64,000 nt of DNA from positions 1 to 64,000 of the IMG/VR virus record IMGVR_UViG_3300045972_000138, one strand, 5' to 3'. Both the position numbers and the translations under genes were made by a program. The notes beneath the pieces were generated by a model. That model was given only the letters and a program-made list of their open reading frames with translations, did not search any database and had not been told where the DNA came from. Below, piece by piece: positions 55,934 through 64,000 of the stretch (its first letter is position 1; the number at the start of each line of letters is the position of its first letter).

Positions 55934-56524
55934 ATGACACAAAAAGTAAATGGCGCAGCATATCCTGGTATCTGGGTTGAAAAGCGCGTTGCATTCGTTA
56001 AGTTAACATTCAGTGCTGATATCTCTGCTCTTCCAGCAGCAGACCTTACAGTACTTGGTACAGCTACAGCAGCTGGTGCAGGTACAGTTGCTGATTCCAC
56101 ATTCGCAGTCGTAGAAAGCGCAATTGTTCAAGCTCTTAAGACACTTGAAACAAAGGCTACAGTTCTTGGCGTTTCCACATACGACGTCGCTTCCCAAAGC
56201 GTTGACGTTATGCTTGGTTGCTCTGAAGGCTGGTTCTCTGACGCAGCAGGTGCTATCGCTACTGGTCTTCCAGTATTTGGCGCACAAGCTATCGTTACAA
56301 CAGCAGGTGCAGCACCTACGGCTACAGTTGGCGCTCTTGTAAGCGTTACAGGCGTTGCAGTTACATTCAATATGAGCTTTGCAGCATTCAACGGTACAAT
56401 GGCTATCGGTACAGCAGCAAACGGTGCTATCGAGCTTGGAATTGGTGCTACAAACGCAGCATACCCAAACAACCCATCCACTGGTACACCTGGTTACTAC
56501 CCAGCATTGCTTCAAACAGCTTAA
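55934..56524 (+). CDS. Ala/Thr-rich virion structural protein
   Basis: Late box 55880, SD AAGGAG, biased codon usage, terminator downstream. Confidence 0.75.
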   Translation: MTQKVNGAAYPGIWVEKRVAFVKLTFSADISALPAADLTVLGTATAAGAGTVADSTFAVVESAIVQALKTLETKATVLGVSTYDVASQSVDVMLGCSEGWFSDAAGAIATGLPVFGAQAIVTTAGAAPTATVGALVSVTGVAVTFNMSFAAFNGTMAIGTAANGAIELGIGATNAAYPNNPSTGTPGYYPALLQTA

Positions 56525-56544
56525 TTGTTGTTATGAACATAAAG

Positions 56545-56567
56545 AAAGCACCTTCGGGTGCTTTTTT
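56545..56567 (+). terminator. Intrinsic terminator
   Basis: AAAGCACC-TTCG-GGTGCTTT followed by a T run. Confidence 0.88.
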
Positions 56568-56623
56568 GTTGACTAAAAATTCTGTATTGTGATAAATAAG
56601 TACAATTGTAGGAGATTACAAAA

Positions 56624-57130
56624 ATGACAATAAAAGTTAATGGCGGTATCATCAATAATCAAACATTGACAGGTAGCCTTAGGTATTTTAAAATGACTGG
56701 TCCGTTTGCGTGGACAGTGTCCGATGGGTCAGTGAACTTACCAGTAGCAGTATCTGGTGGTAAAATTACAGCAACAACATATTTTGTTGTTGGTAACGAT
56801 ATGCCTGTCCCAAATAGTGCGGCAGAATTAGCATTGCGTGAAATTTCCAAGCAATGCGATATTACTATTATTTCTTGCCAGCCAGCATTGTATGGTGGTA
56901 CAACACAAATTCACTTTGCTTGTTCGGCATCTGCGTTTGGTTGGGGTTCAAACACTATTCCTGAAGATCCTGCAGCAGCAGCACCACAAATGCAAGCAGC
57001 AGTACAGGCATTAGGCAATCAGCCTGTGTATGTTTCGGTTGGTGCACCTAATCAGTCGACACCTCCTGTTATAGCAATAGCAAATCTAGGCACAGCAACT
57101 ATTGTTGAAACGCCATTCAAATTAGCGTAA
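56624..57130 (+). CDS. Putative virion structural protein
   Basis: Late box 56591, SD AGGAG; MTIKVNG N-terminus resembles MTQKVNG (55934) and MVMKIHG (57243). Confidence 0.72.
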   Translation: MTIKVNGGIINNQTLTGSLRYFKMTGPFAWTVSDGSVNLPVAVSGGKITATTYFVVGNDMPVPNSAAELALREISKQCDITIISCQPALYGGTTQIHFACSASAFGWGSNTIPEDPAAAAPQMQAAVQALGNQPVYVSVGAPNQSTPPVIAIANLGTATIVETPFKLA

Positions 57131-57147
57131 CATATTCAGTATAAGTT

Positions 57148-57170
57148 AGCGCCCTTGGGCGCTTTCTTTT
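57148..57170 (+). terminator. Intrinsic terminator
   Basis: AGCGCCC-TTG-GGCGCT followed by TTCTTTT. Confidence 0.7.
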
Positions 57171-57242
57171 TGGCCGTACGACTCGAATCTTGATAAATAC
57201 AGATAATGTAGCGTACAGCTAAATAGAACACAAGGATTAATA

Positions 57243-57743
57243 ATGGTAATGAAAATTCACGGTGCCGCATCGGCAATGCAGAACTTAACTGCCGATTTAC
57301 AGGCATATGTTTGCTATGCGTCCTCTCCTGGAGCATTTACTGATCCAAACCCTAACCCACCACCTTCGCAAGAGCTTGCACGTTTACTAAACATTCAGGT
57401 TACAGGAAATCCGCTCGACGAAAGTCAGAAAAACTTTGAAGTTTTGCTAATGAGTATCGGCTTAAGAGCAATGCCTGTTATTTTAGCAGACCCAACTCCA
57501 GTTTTCCAGTTGCAAGATTACACACTAGAGCTAAATGGTGAAGGATTTATATGGAAATTTGCTGTAGAGCGTGGTGTGCAATTCTTTAATTTCACACCGT
57601 ACGGTACACCAGGTCCAGTCGGATTACTTGTCGACGATTTAGACGGAGTAATTATCCCCAGCGGAGTAAGAGTTACAACGGTTCAGGGTAGTCCTACCGG
57701 TTGGGGCCGTAATATTTCGTTTAATAAAATGGAGTCTTTTTAA
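57243..57743 (+). CDS. Putative virion structural protein
   Basis: Late box 57192, SD AAGGA. Confidence 0.72.
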   Translation: MVMKIHGAASAMQNLTADLQAYVCYASSPGAFTDPNPNPPPSQELARLLNIQVTGNPLDESQKNFEVLLMSIGLRAMPVILADPTPVFQLQDYTLELNGEGFIWKFAVERGVQFFNFTPYGTPGPVGLLVDDLDGVIIPSGVRVTTVQGSPTGWGRNISFNKMESF

Positions 57744-58549
57744 TGTTATCAAACCACCCACATATTACTGATCTTTTATACGAAACAGCCGTTGAAAGAC
57801 TCGCTAACAAACGAAATATTTCTTTAGAGGAAGCAACAACCGCAATGTCATCATTATCATTCACAGAATATGTAAAATTATTAGAAGCCGGTACAAGCAT
57901 TCCGTCACCTTCTGGACAAGTCATTGGACCAAACGGTGCTGCGGCAATGAATGCTAACCCACAGCAGGCACCTGCACAAAATACACAACAACCTGCACAA
58001 AATGCACCAGCAAAAGCACAGGTAATGTACACAGGCAAAGGTGGCCCAATTGAGCAAGGAATGACAGTGGGCCTTAAAGGACCAAATGGTATGCCGGTTG
58101 CAGGTGAAATTACTCAAGTCGATGCTGGTCGTAAAGGCGTTGCAGTGAAGAACCCAACAACAGGTCAAGAAGAGTGGCACGGCAACGATGAATTAGAGCC
58201 GTTTGTTGGTGGATCAACTACACCTGGTGCAACAAACCAAGCAGCAGGTTTGCAACAGCAACAAATGGCAGAAGATATTGCAAGAATGAAGCATCTTGCA
58301 GGCATTGCAGAAGATTGCAGTGGTGGCGCTACAGGTGCTGGTGCTATAGCTATTGCTCCGGTATCAATGGGCGAAACAAAACGCAGAAAAAAGACAACAG
58401 AAAATGCTATGGATGAGTATACACCTACTGTAGCAAAGACAGTTGTCGGTGATACAAAACCTAATCAAGATTCAGGTAAATTATCTGCTAGATTAGCCAA
58501 GTCAGGTAAGCCTACCGCTACAAGAAATAACAACGGATTTAAGAAATAA
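57743..58549 (+). CDS. Hypothetical late protein
   Basis: Coupled ORF; Q/P/A-rich linkers; RMKHLAGI.E motif like RIRHLAGLLTE in the 38487 ORF. Confidence 0.72.
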   Translation: MLSNHPHITDLLYETAVERLANKRNISLEEATTAMSSLSFTEYVKLLEAGTSIPSPSGQVIGPNGAAAMNANPQQAPAQNTQQPAQNAPAKAQVMYTGKGGPIEQGMTVGLKGPNGMPVAGEITQVDAGRKGVAVKNPTTGQEEWHGNDELEPFVGGSTTPGATNQAAGLQQQQMAEDIARMKHLAGIAEDCSGGATGAGAIAIAPVSMGETKRRKKTTENAMDEYTPTVAKTVVGDTKPNQDSGKLSARLAKSGKPTATRNNNGFKK

Positions 58550-58998
58550 TGGATAGAAGTAAACTCATAGATAATTTAGATAAGGCTACCGATAAGGCAG
58601 CATCTAATGCTATCGAGAGCGGCTTTCCTATCCATAACACTACATCTAGTGCATGGGTCGGAAAAACATTTATTAAGAAAAATCGTAATGGATTTTATGA
58701 CATATTTTCTTTAGATAAGAAGGTGTTGTTCAAGGATATAACTGTATTCGATGTTGCTACAATTATAGCACAAAGATATACTTCCGGTGAACTAAGAACT
58801 GTAGAGAGAGTAGTTAAATTAGAGAGTGAATACTCAACATATAGAACAAATATGATGCATTACCTACATTGCATACAAGGTGCCAAGTCTCGCAAGGATT
58901 ACGATACTATGGCAATACTAGAAGATAAGTTTCAGATGGCGGAAATACGTGCTAAACGGATCAGAAATGACATTGCTATTTTTAAAAGACTTAAATAG
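58549..58998 (+). CDS. Hypothetical protein
   Basis: Coupled ORF, 149 aa. Confidence 0.7.
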   Translation: MDRSKLIDNLDKATDKAASNAIESGFPIHNTTSSAWVGKTFIKKNRNGFYDIFSLDKKVLFKDITVFDVATIIAQRYTSGELRTVERVVKLESEYSTYRTNMMHYLHCIQGAKSRKDYDTMAILEDKFQMAEIRAKRIRNDIAIFKRLK

Positions 58999-59047
58999 AT
59001 AATGATAATGATAAATACTAAAAACAAAGTTTAATAGGGATATTTAT

Positions 59048-59554
59048 ATGCTTTTGAATGATATAGGATGCGCTCCGACAACAACACTTAAGAAGATTAA
59101 TCAATATCTTAAGTCTAATTACGGATTTAATATTGTCGAAAGTACAAGCATCAAGGATATGTCCATTATAATGGAAAACATCCAAGACGAGATTGTAGAT
59201 TTGAAGTTACGAGGCGACGATGCTAAAGCATCTCCCGAAATTTCAAAGAGATTACTTGTACTTGAAGGTATTAAGGTATTGCGCGAATATGCAATAACAC
59301 AATTTCAATCACCAAAGCTAGAACCGCTGGTTAAAATGCTAACAGGTGTTATTGTTAAAGAATTTCACCACAGAGGTACGAGCATAGCAGACTTTGACGA
59401 AGCAGTCAATGGTGTTATGAAAGCTTATAGATCGAGCGAGTTTGATTTTCCGAATGATTATATCGAAAACAGAGTTCGCAATGCAGCAATGGCAGCTATC
59501 AATGGTGAATCACACCAGGCCGAAATGGCGCCAATGATGGAAACAACAGAATAA
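59048..59554 (+). CDS. Hypothetical late protein
   Basis: Late box at 59010. Confidence 0.7.
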   Translation: MLLNDIGCAPTTTLKKINQYLKSNYGFNIVESTSIKDMSIIMENIQDEIVDLKLRGDDAKASPEISKRLLVLEGIKVLREYAITQFQSPKLEPLVKMLTGVIVKEFHHRGTSIADFDEAVNGVMKAYRSSEFDFPNDYIENRVRNAAMAAINGESHQAEMAPMMETTE

Positions 59555-59576
59555 ATACGTCAAACAAGGAACCGCA

Positions 59577-60167
59577 ATGAGAGAACATAAAAATTTAGTA
59601 AAAAATCTTCGTCGCTTACTAGAAACAGAAGTAAGCCAAGCCGAAGTTATGATGGCGGCAAAGAAGTTTGCCGAAGAATTACAAGAAATGGTTGAAAAGA
59701 TTGGTCGTTTACAAAACGAAGATCTTCCTCCAGTAACAGACCAAATGCGCGAAACATACGGTATGGAATCTGCTTCTGCATTCCAGACACAAATCTATAG
59801 TGCATTCCAAGGTGTTATGGATGCACTTTATACTGCTAAAAACAAGGTAGATGATGCTGTAAGCAACATGGCGCAAACAGGTCAAGTCGGTGCAGCAACA
59901 GATATGGATGCAAACATGGGTATGGATCCAGAAATGGGTGGCGATCCAGGTATGGAAGGCGATATCGAGGGTGAAATCGAACCTGAATTGGATTTAGATA
60001 ACATCGGCGACGAGTTAGGTGGAGAAGATGACCTAGCAGGTGCCGAAGATATGAGCGGTGAAGAACCACTTGGCCGTGCTATGAAAGAATCTACTTTACA
60101 ACGTAAAGTTATGGAAATGCAAAGACTTGTTGCAAAGGCCCGCAAATTAAAAGAATCAAGAAAGTAA
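59577..60167 (+). CDS. Putative prohead core/scaffold-like protein
   Basis: Helical N-terminus, acidic Gly/Met-rich middle, EEPLGRAMKES. Confidence 0.55.
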   Translation: MREHKNLVKNLRRLLETEVSQAEVMMAAKKFAEELQEMVEKIGRLQNEDLPPVTDQMRETYGMESASAFQTQIYSAFQGVMDALYTAKNKVDDAVSNMAQTGQVGAATDMDANMGMDPEMGGDPGMEGDIEGEIEPELDLDNIGDELGGEDDLAGAEDMSGEEPLGRAMKESTLQRKVMEMQRLVAKARKLKESRK

Positions 60168-60170
60168 TTT

Positions 60171-60485
60171 ATGAGAGCAAAAGAGTTCCTCTTAGAGGAT
60201 TATAATCAACGATTAGACTCGGACCTCACAAACTTACTCATTGGTGCTAAGGGTAATGGCGCAACAGATATAAGTACGCAGGACCTAGTGGCCCAGATGC
60301 AACAAATGGGCTATTCTGTGAATGTGAATAGCATTATGACTCCATTACAGAATAACCCAAATGTAACAAATGTGACACCAGATAGTATCACATTGAACAG
60401 CGGCCAAGATGGTTCTGGCGGCGAAGAACAAGATAGCGCATCACACGTACAAGATATGGCAATGGATGCTGGAGATTTAGGATAA
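60171..60485 (+). CDS. Hypothetical protein (MRAKEFLLE N-terminus)
   Basis: 104 aa in late operon. Confidence 0.7.
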   Translation: MRAKEFLLEDYNQRLDSDLTNLLIGAKGNGATDISTQDLVAQMQQMGYSVNVNSIMTPLQNNPNVTNVTPDSITLNSGQDGSGGEEQDSASHVQDMAMDAGDLG

Positions 60486-60489
60486 TATA

Positions 60490-61659
60490 ATGTCTGATTG
60501 CTGCACACCCGGTACTGGCTTCCCTAATGCTGCTTTGATGGAGCAGATGGCTACAAATAACCCCATAATTTGGGAAGAAATTTGCGATATACAGCAGGCT
60601 ATCCTTGCTGCATCAAGCCAATGCCAGGTAGGTGGTGGTCAGATGTGTACTACAATTGGTGGAAATACACCAATGACGTTTGTTACAGGTGTTACTACCG
60701 TAACAGTTACTTCTCCGGGTGCAGGATATGTTACAGATTCGCCAGCGGTGTCATTTATTCCGCCTATTGGTAGTGCAGGTGCTGGTGCAACAGCAACTTT
60801 AACAACGAACGGTGGTAATATTCAGTATATTAACATCGTTAATCCTGGTTCAGGCTATCAACCTATATCTGCTACACTTTCTATATCGTCGTTAGCAGGT
60901 GTTGGTGCATCATTAATGCCATTAGTGAATGCTCAAGGTCAAATAGTTTCGGTTAATATTGTTAGTGCAGGTGTAGGATATACAACATCCGACTCTGTTA
61001 CAGCAACAAGAGCAGTAGCACCCAACGTAGCATATACTGATGCAGTATTCAGAGTTACATCAGTAAGTGTTACAGGTGAAATTCTTGCTGTCATTGTTAT
61101 GAATCCTGGTTCGGGTTATCAAGATAGTGTTACAACAATCCAGATAGTATCTACACTTAATCCATTGCTTCCTTATCCTCAAGGAACAGGGTTTATGGCG
61201 GATGTATTAACAAATTCAACAGGTACTATTACTGGTGCAGTTATTACAAATACAGGTTGGGGATATGCTTCAATGAATCCATATCTTGTTATTAGTGATC
61301 CAGGTACTGGTGCAACAACTCAAGTTAATATTACAGCTGGTGGTGTCAGCTCTGTTACTGTTAAAACACCTGGAACAAATTATACACAATCTGCAACAGG
61401 CACAGTGTTCAATCCGGTTACTGCTGGCACACCCAATCCGCCTGCAACACCGGCAGTTGTTGTAATAAATGTATCTAACAATACATTTGGAACTAACCCG
61501 CAATTATATTGGCAAACTTGGGCCGGTACAACAACCAACAAGCCTATATCTATTCAGATAAATGCTGTATTATCCTATTTTAAAGGATTAGGATATACTA
61601 TTTCTATTCAATCTAACCCTGCAACAGGGAATACGATTCAGTGGAAGGTTTGTTGGTAA
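60490..61659 (+). CDS. Virion structural protein with PGxGY beta-repeats (baseplate/tail-associated)
   Basis: Thr/Gly-rich with repeated V.NPGSGY units. Confidence 0.7.
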   Translation: MSDCCTPGTGFPNAALMEQMATNNPIIWEEICDIQQAILAASSQCQVGGGQMCTTIGGNTPMTFVTGVTTVTVTSPGAGYVTDSPAVSFIPPIGSAGAGATATLTTNGGNIQYINIVNPGSGYQPISATLSISSLAGVGASLMPLVNAQGQIVSVNIVSAGVGYTTSDSVTATRAVAPNVAYTDAVFRVTSVSVTGEILAVIVMNPGSGYQDSVTTIQIVSTLNPLLPYPQGTGFMADVLTNSTGTITGAVITNTGWGYASMNPYLVISDPGTGATTQVNITAGGVSSVTVKTPGTNYTQSATGTVFNPVTAGTPNPPATPAVVVINVSNNTFGTNPQLYWQTWAGTTTNKPISIQINAVLSYFKGLGYTISIQSNPATGNTIQWKVCW

Positions 61660-61663
61660 AATA

Positions 61664-61692
61664 TTGACAAAAAAGTTTCGTTACATTATACT
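61664..61692 (+). promoter_or_regulatory. sigma70-type promoter (leaderless)
   Basis: TTGACA-17 bp-TATACT; ATG 7 nt downstream; GTTACA/TGTAAC palindrome flanks the -10 box. Confidence 0.82.
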
Positions 61693-61698
61693 GTAACA

Positions 61699-62364
61699 AT
61701 GCTTATAAATCCCGTCTACACTTATAAACCCTTATCAAGGGTTGATCATCCATCTGGCCGAAAATATATTGTCGGAGAAGGTCGTCCGTTACCGTCTGTA
61801 ACAACTATTCTATCTAAAACAAAAGATATGTCATTCCTTAACGAATGGAAAGAGAATGTAGGGGCAGAAGAAGCAAAGCGTATCGTTACAGAAGCTTCAA
61901 GCATAGGTAACGGGATGCATAAATTACTTGAAAATTACATTCTAGGGTTAGAAATGAAAGGTCAAATAATGACCAAAATTCTAGCCAAGCTTGTTATCGA
62001 CAAAGGCCTATGTAATGTAAGTGAAGTATGGGGTACAGAAGTTATGTTGTACTCTAAAGAACTATATGCAGGAACAACTGACTTAGTCGGACTACATAAC
62101 GGTGTACCTGCGATTATGGACTTTAAAAATAGCCTAAAAGAGAAGAAAAAAGAGTGGATCGAGGACTATTTTATGCAGCTGGCAGCATACGCATTATCAC
62201 ACAACGAAATGTATGGCACACATATACAGAAGGGTGTAATTATGATGGCCTGCCGTACTGGTAAATATCTTGAATTTGTTATCGAAGGTGATGAGTTTAC
62301 TCATTACGAAACTATGTGGGCAAATAAGGTCTGCGAATATTATAATAAATTTGGCCTAGAATAA
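61699..62364 (+). CDS. PD-(D/E)xK Cas4-like exonuclease
   Basis: LPSVTTIL, G.GMH..LE, YAGTTDLVG, IMDFKNS, YFMQLAAY. Confidence 0.88.
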   Translation: MLINPVYTYKPLSRVDHPSGRKYIVGEGRPLPSVTTILSKTKDMSFLNEWKENVGAEEAKRIVTEASSIGNGMHKLLENYILGLEMKGQIMTKILAKLVIDKGLCNVSEVWGTEVMLYSKELYAGTTDLVGLHNGVPAIMDFKNSLKEKKKEWIEDYFMQLAAYALSHNEMYGTHIQKGVIMMACRTGKYLEFVIEGDEFTHYETMWANKVCEYYNKFGLE

Positions 62365-62378
62365 TTAGAGAGGTAATT

Positions 62379-62816
62379 ATGAGTTGGAACAACACACCCG
62401 ACCACGAGCGTCTTGCTATGTGGAAAAAATTAAGAAAAGACATATCTGACTTGCCGCTAAATGAGAAATTAGAAACAGTGGCAAAGTTTTTCTCAGTCAT
62501 GCCATTTGGTTCTCGTACACTCGATTACTATACACCCGAAAATTGGCCAACACCCTGGGAAATTATATTCCACGGCCATCTATGCAAGAGTTCTATTAGC
62601 CTATTAATTTTCCAAACATTCAGTCTGTTGCATACCGACGATGTGCTTGAATTAATACTCATTGACGACGGCGAAGATGAATATTTATTACCGGTGGTTT
62701 CTAATACGTTTGTACTAAACTATGAACTAGGCAAGGTAAATAACTTGCAAGACATAACAGCTGAATTGCAGATTTTAAACACGTACACACAGAAAGATAT
62801 AAAGGCAATCTCGTAA
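62379..62816 (+). CDS. Hypothetical protein
   Basis: SD GAGG; WPTPWEII. Confidence 0.72.
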   Translation: MSWNNTPDHERLAMWKKLRKDISDLPLNEKLETVAKFFSVMPFGSRTLDYYTPENWPTPWEIIFHGHLCKSSISLLIFQTFSLLHTDDVLELILIDDGEDEYLLPVVSNTFVLNYELGKVNNLQDITAELQILNTYTQKDIKAIS

Positions 62817-62909
62817 TTTACACCACGTTATGAAAACTACAACCACCTTCAAAATATTTGACATTCGTTAAATATCCCATTCAACTACTATTAGGTAAAC
62901 TATACACAT

Positions 62910-64000
62910 ATGAATAATAACATCTATGAAACATTTATAGCCAAATCGCGCTATGCTCGATACATTGATTCCGAGAAAAGGCGCGAAAATTGGGGCGAAA
63001 CTGTTTCGCGCTATTTTGATTTTATGGCAAAACACCTGCAGACAAAGCAAAATTACACACTATCTGCTGATTTACGTAAAGAATTGCAAGATGCAATAAC
63101 AAATTTTGAAGTAATGCCATCGATGCGTGCGTTAATGACTGCAGGCAAGGCATTAGATCGCGATAATACAGCAGGTTACAACTGTTCATATCTTCCAGTT
63201 GATGATCCTAAGTGTTTCGATGAAGCAATGTTCATTTTACTTAATGGTACAGGTGTTGGATTTTCTGTTGAGCGTCAATATATTGTTAAATTACCAGATG
63301 TGCCTGAAAAGATTTTTGACAGTGAGTCAACAATTGTAGTATCTGATAGCAAGGAAGGATGGTCCAAGGCTGTTAGACAGGTTATCGCAATGTTATATTC
63401 TGGTGAAGCACCTAAGTGGGATGTAAGCAAGGTTCGTCCAGCTGGCGCACGCCTTAAAGTATTTGGCGGCCGAGCATCTGGACCAGCACCGCTTGTTGAT
63501 TTGTTTAAGTTTCTTGTTAAGTTATTCAAGAATGCTCAAGGTCGCAAATTAAACAGTATCGAATGTCACGATATTATGTGTAAAATTGGTGAAGTTGTAG
63601 TTGTTGGTGGTGTTCGCCGTTCTGCTATGATCTCCTTGTCAAACCTGTCTGATGATCGTATGCGTCACGCTAAATCCGGTGCTTGGTGGGAAACACAAGG
63701 ACAACGTGCATTAGCAAATAATAGCGCCTGCTATACAGAGCGTCCAGACGTTGGTATCTTTATGCAAGAATGGCAATCGCTATACGAATCTAAATCTGGC
63801 GAACGCGGCATCTTTAATCGTGAAGCAGCGAAGAACATTGTTAAGCTAAACGGTCGTCGTAATCCAGAATTCGAATTTGGTACTAATCCTTGCTCCGAAA
63901 TTATTCTAAGACCGTTCCAGTTCTGTAATTTGACAGAAATTATTGTCCGTGCAGAAGATACAATTGAAGATATTCAGCGTAAGGCTCGTATTGCATCTAT
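62910..64000 (+). CDS. nrdJ: Class II (B12-dependent) ribonucleotide reductase, 5' part
   Basis: Translated by hand, open to the window end: FIAKSRYAR..RRENW.ETV.RY, VMPSMRALMTAG, YNCSY, GTGVGFSVE, GGRASGP, VVVGGVRRSAMISL, GTNPCSE. Confidence 0.93.
   Translation, partial: MNNNIYETFIAKSRYARYIDSEKRRENWGETVSRYFDFMAKHLQTKQNYTLSADLRKELQDAITNFEVMPSMRALMTAGKALDRDNTAGYNCSYLPVDDPKCFDEAMFILLNGTGVGFSVERQYIVKLPDVPEKIFDSESTIVVSDSKEGWSKAVRQVIAMLYSGEAPKWDVSKVRPAGARLKVFGGRASGPAPLVDLFKFLVKLFKNAQGRKLNSIECHDIMCKIGEVVVVGGVRRSAMISLSNLSDDRMRHAKSGAWWETQGQRALANNSACYTERPDVGIFMQEWQSLYESKSGERGIFNREAAKNIVKLNGRRNPEFEFGTNPCSEIILRPFQFCNLTEIIVRAEDTIEDIQRKARIAS

Noticed and set aside
61699-62364. Cas4-like nuclease as evidence of a CRISPR system
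   Set aside because: Stand-alone PD-(D/E)xK exonucleases are common in large phages, and there is no array or other cas gene here.
139-63529. Numerous short alternate-frame and antisense ORFs in the six-frame track
   Set aside because: Nested within well-supported + strand genes, with biased shadow composition and no expression signals.
1-64000. Stop-codon reassignment (common in some jumbo phages)
   Set aside because: Core genes are full length under the standard code, TAA/TAG/TGA all end genes, and there is no suppressor tRNA in the window.

Overview
This 64-kb AT-rich window comes from a large T4-related (probably jumbo) myovirus and is almost entirely + strand; only the genes at 19594-20019 and 50432-50803 are on the - strand. 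Bases 1-26.6k are an accessory region. It holds 13 CCA-ending tRNA genes (three of them atypical), a membrane GGDEF diguanylate cyclase, a degenerate BLUF protein, Pth2, an RNA ligase, HNH nucleases, a PEP-CTERM peptide, a solo LuxR HTH, a periplasmic-binding-protein/porin pair, rIIA/rIIB, a short UDP-glucose dehydrogenase and a DEDD exonuclease. Bases 26.6k-64k are core: neck, dNMP kinase, duplicated tail modules, sheath, tube, head-completion nuclease, terminase subunits, gp32, UvsX/Y/W, a stand-alone DnaE fragment, primase, helicase, many late virion proteins, a Cas4-like exonuclease and the 5' part of a class II ribonucleotide reductase. The ORF track misses this last gene because it runs off the window. 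Regulation uses near-consensus sigma70 promoters (four leaderless) and more than 20 GATAAATA late-promoter boxes. The strongest candidate for an undescribed system is at 8528-11116. Five non-coding units of different length and internal sequence all share the same frame: a 7-nt arm + 2 nt + WCWGCAW, a variable structured insert, then the complementary 7-nt arm + G. They are driven by two sigma70 promoters and lie directly upstream of a DUF2828/TROVE(Ro60)-like vWA protein, with a minimal fifth unit abutting that gene's Shine-Dalgarno. This suggests a Ro60/Y-RNA-like ribonucleoprotein system with multiple cargo RNAs and autoregulation. All protein calls are by motif recognition and RNA structures were paired by eye; no database searches or folding programs were run.
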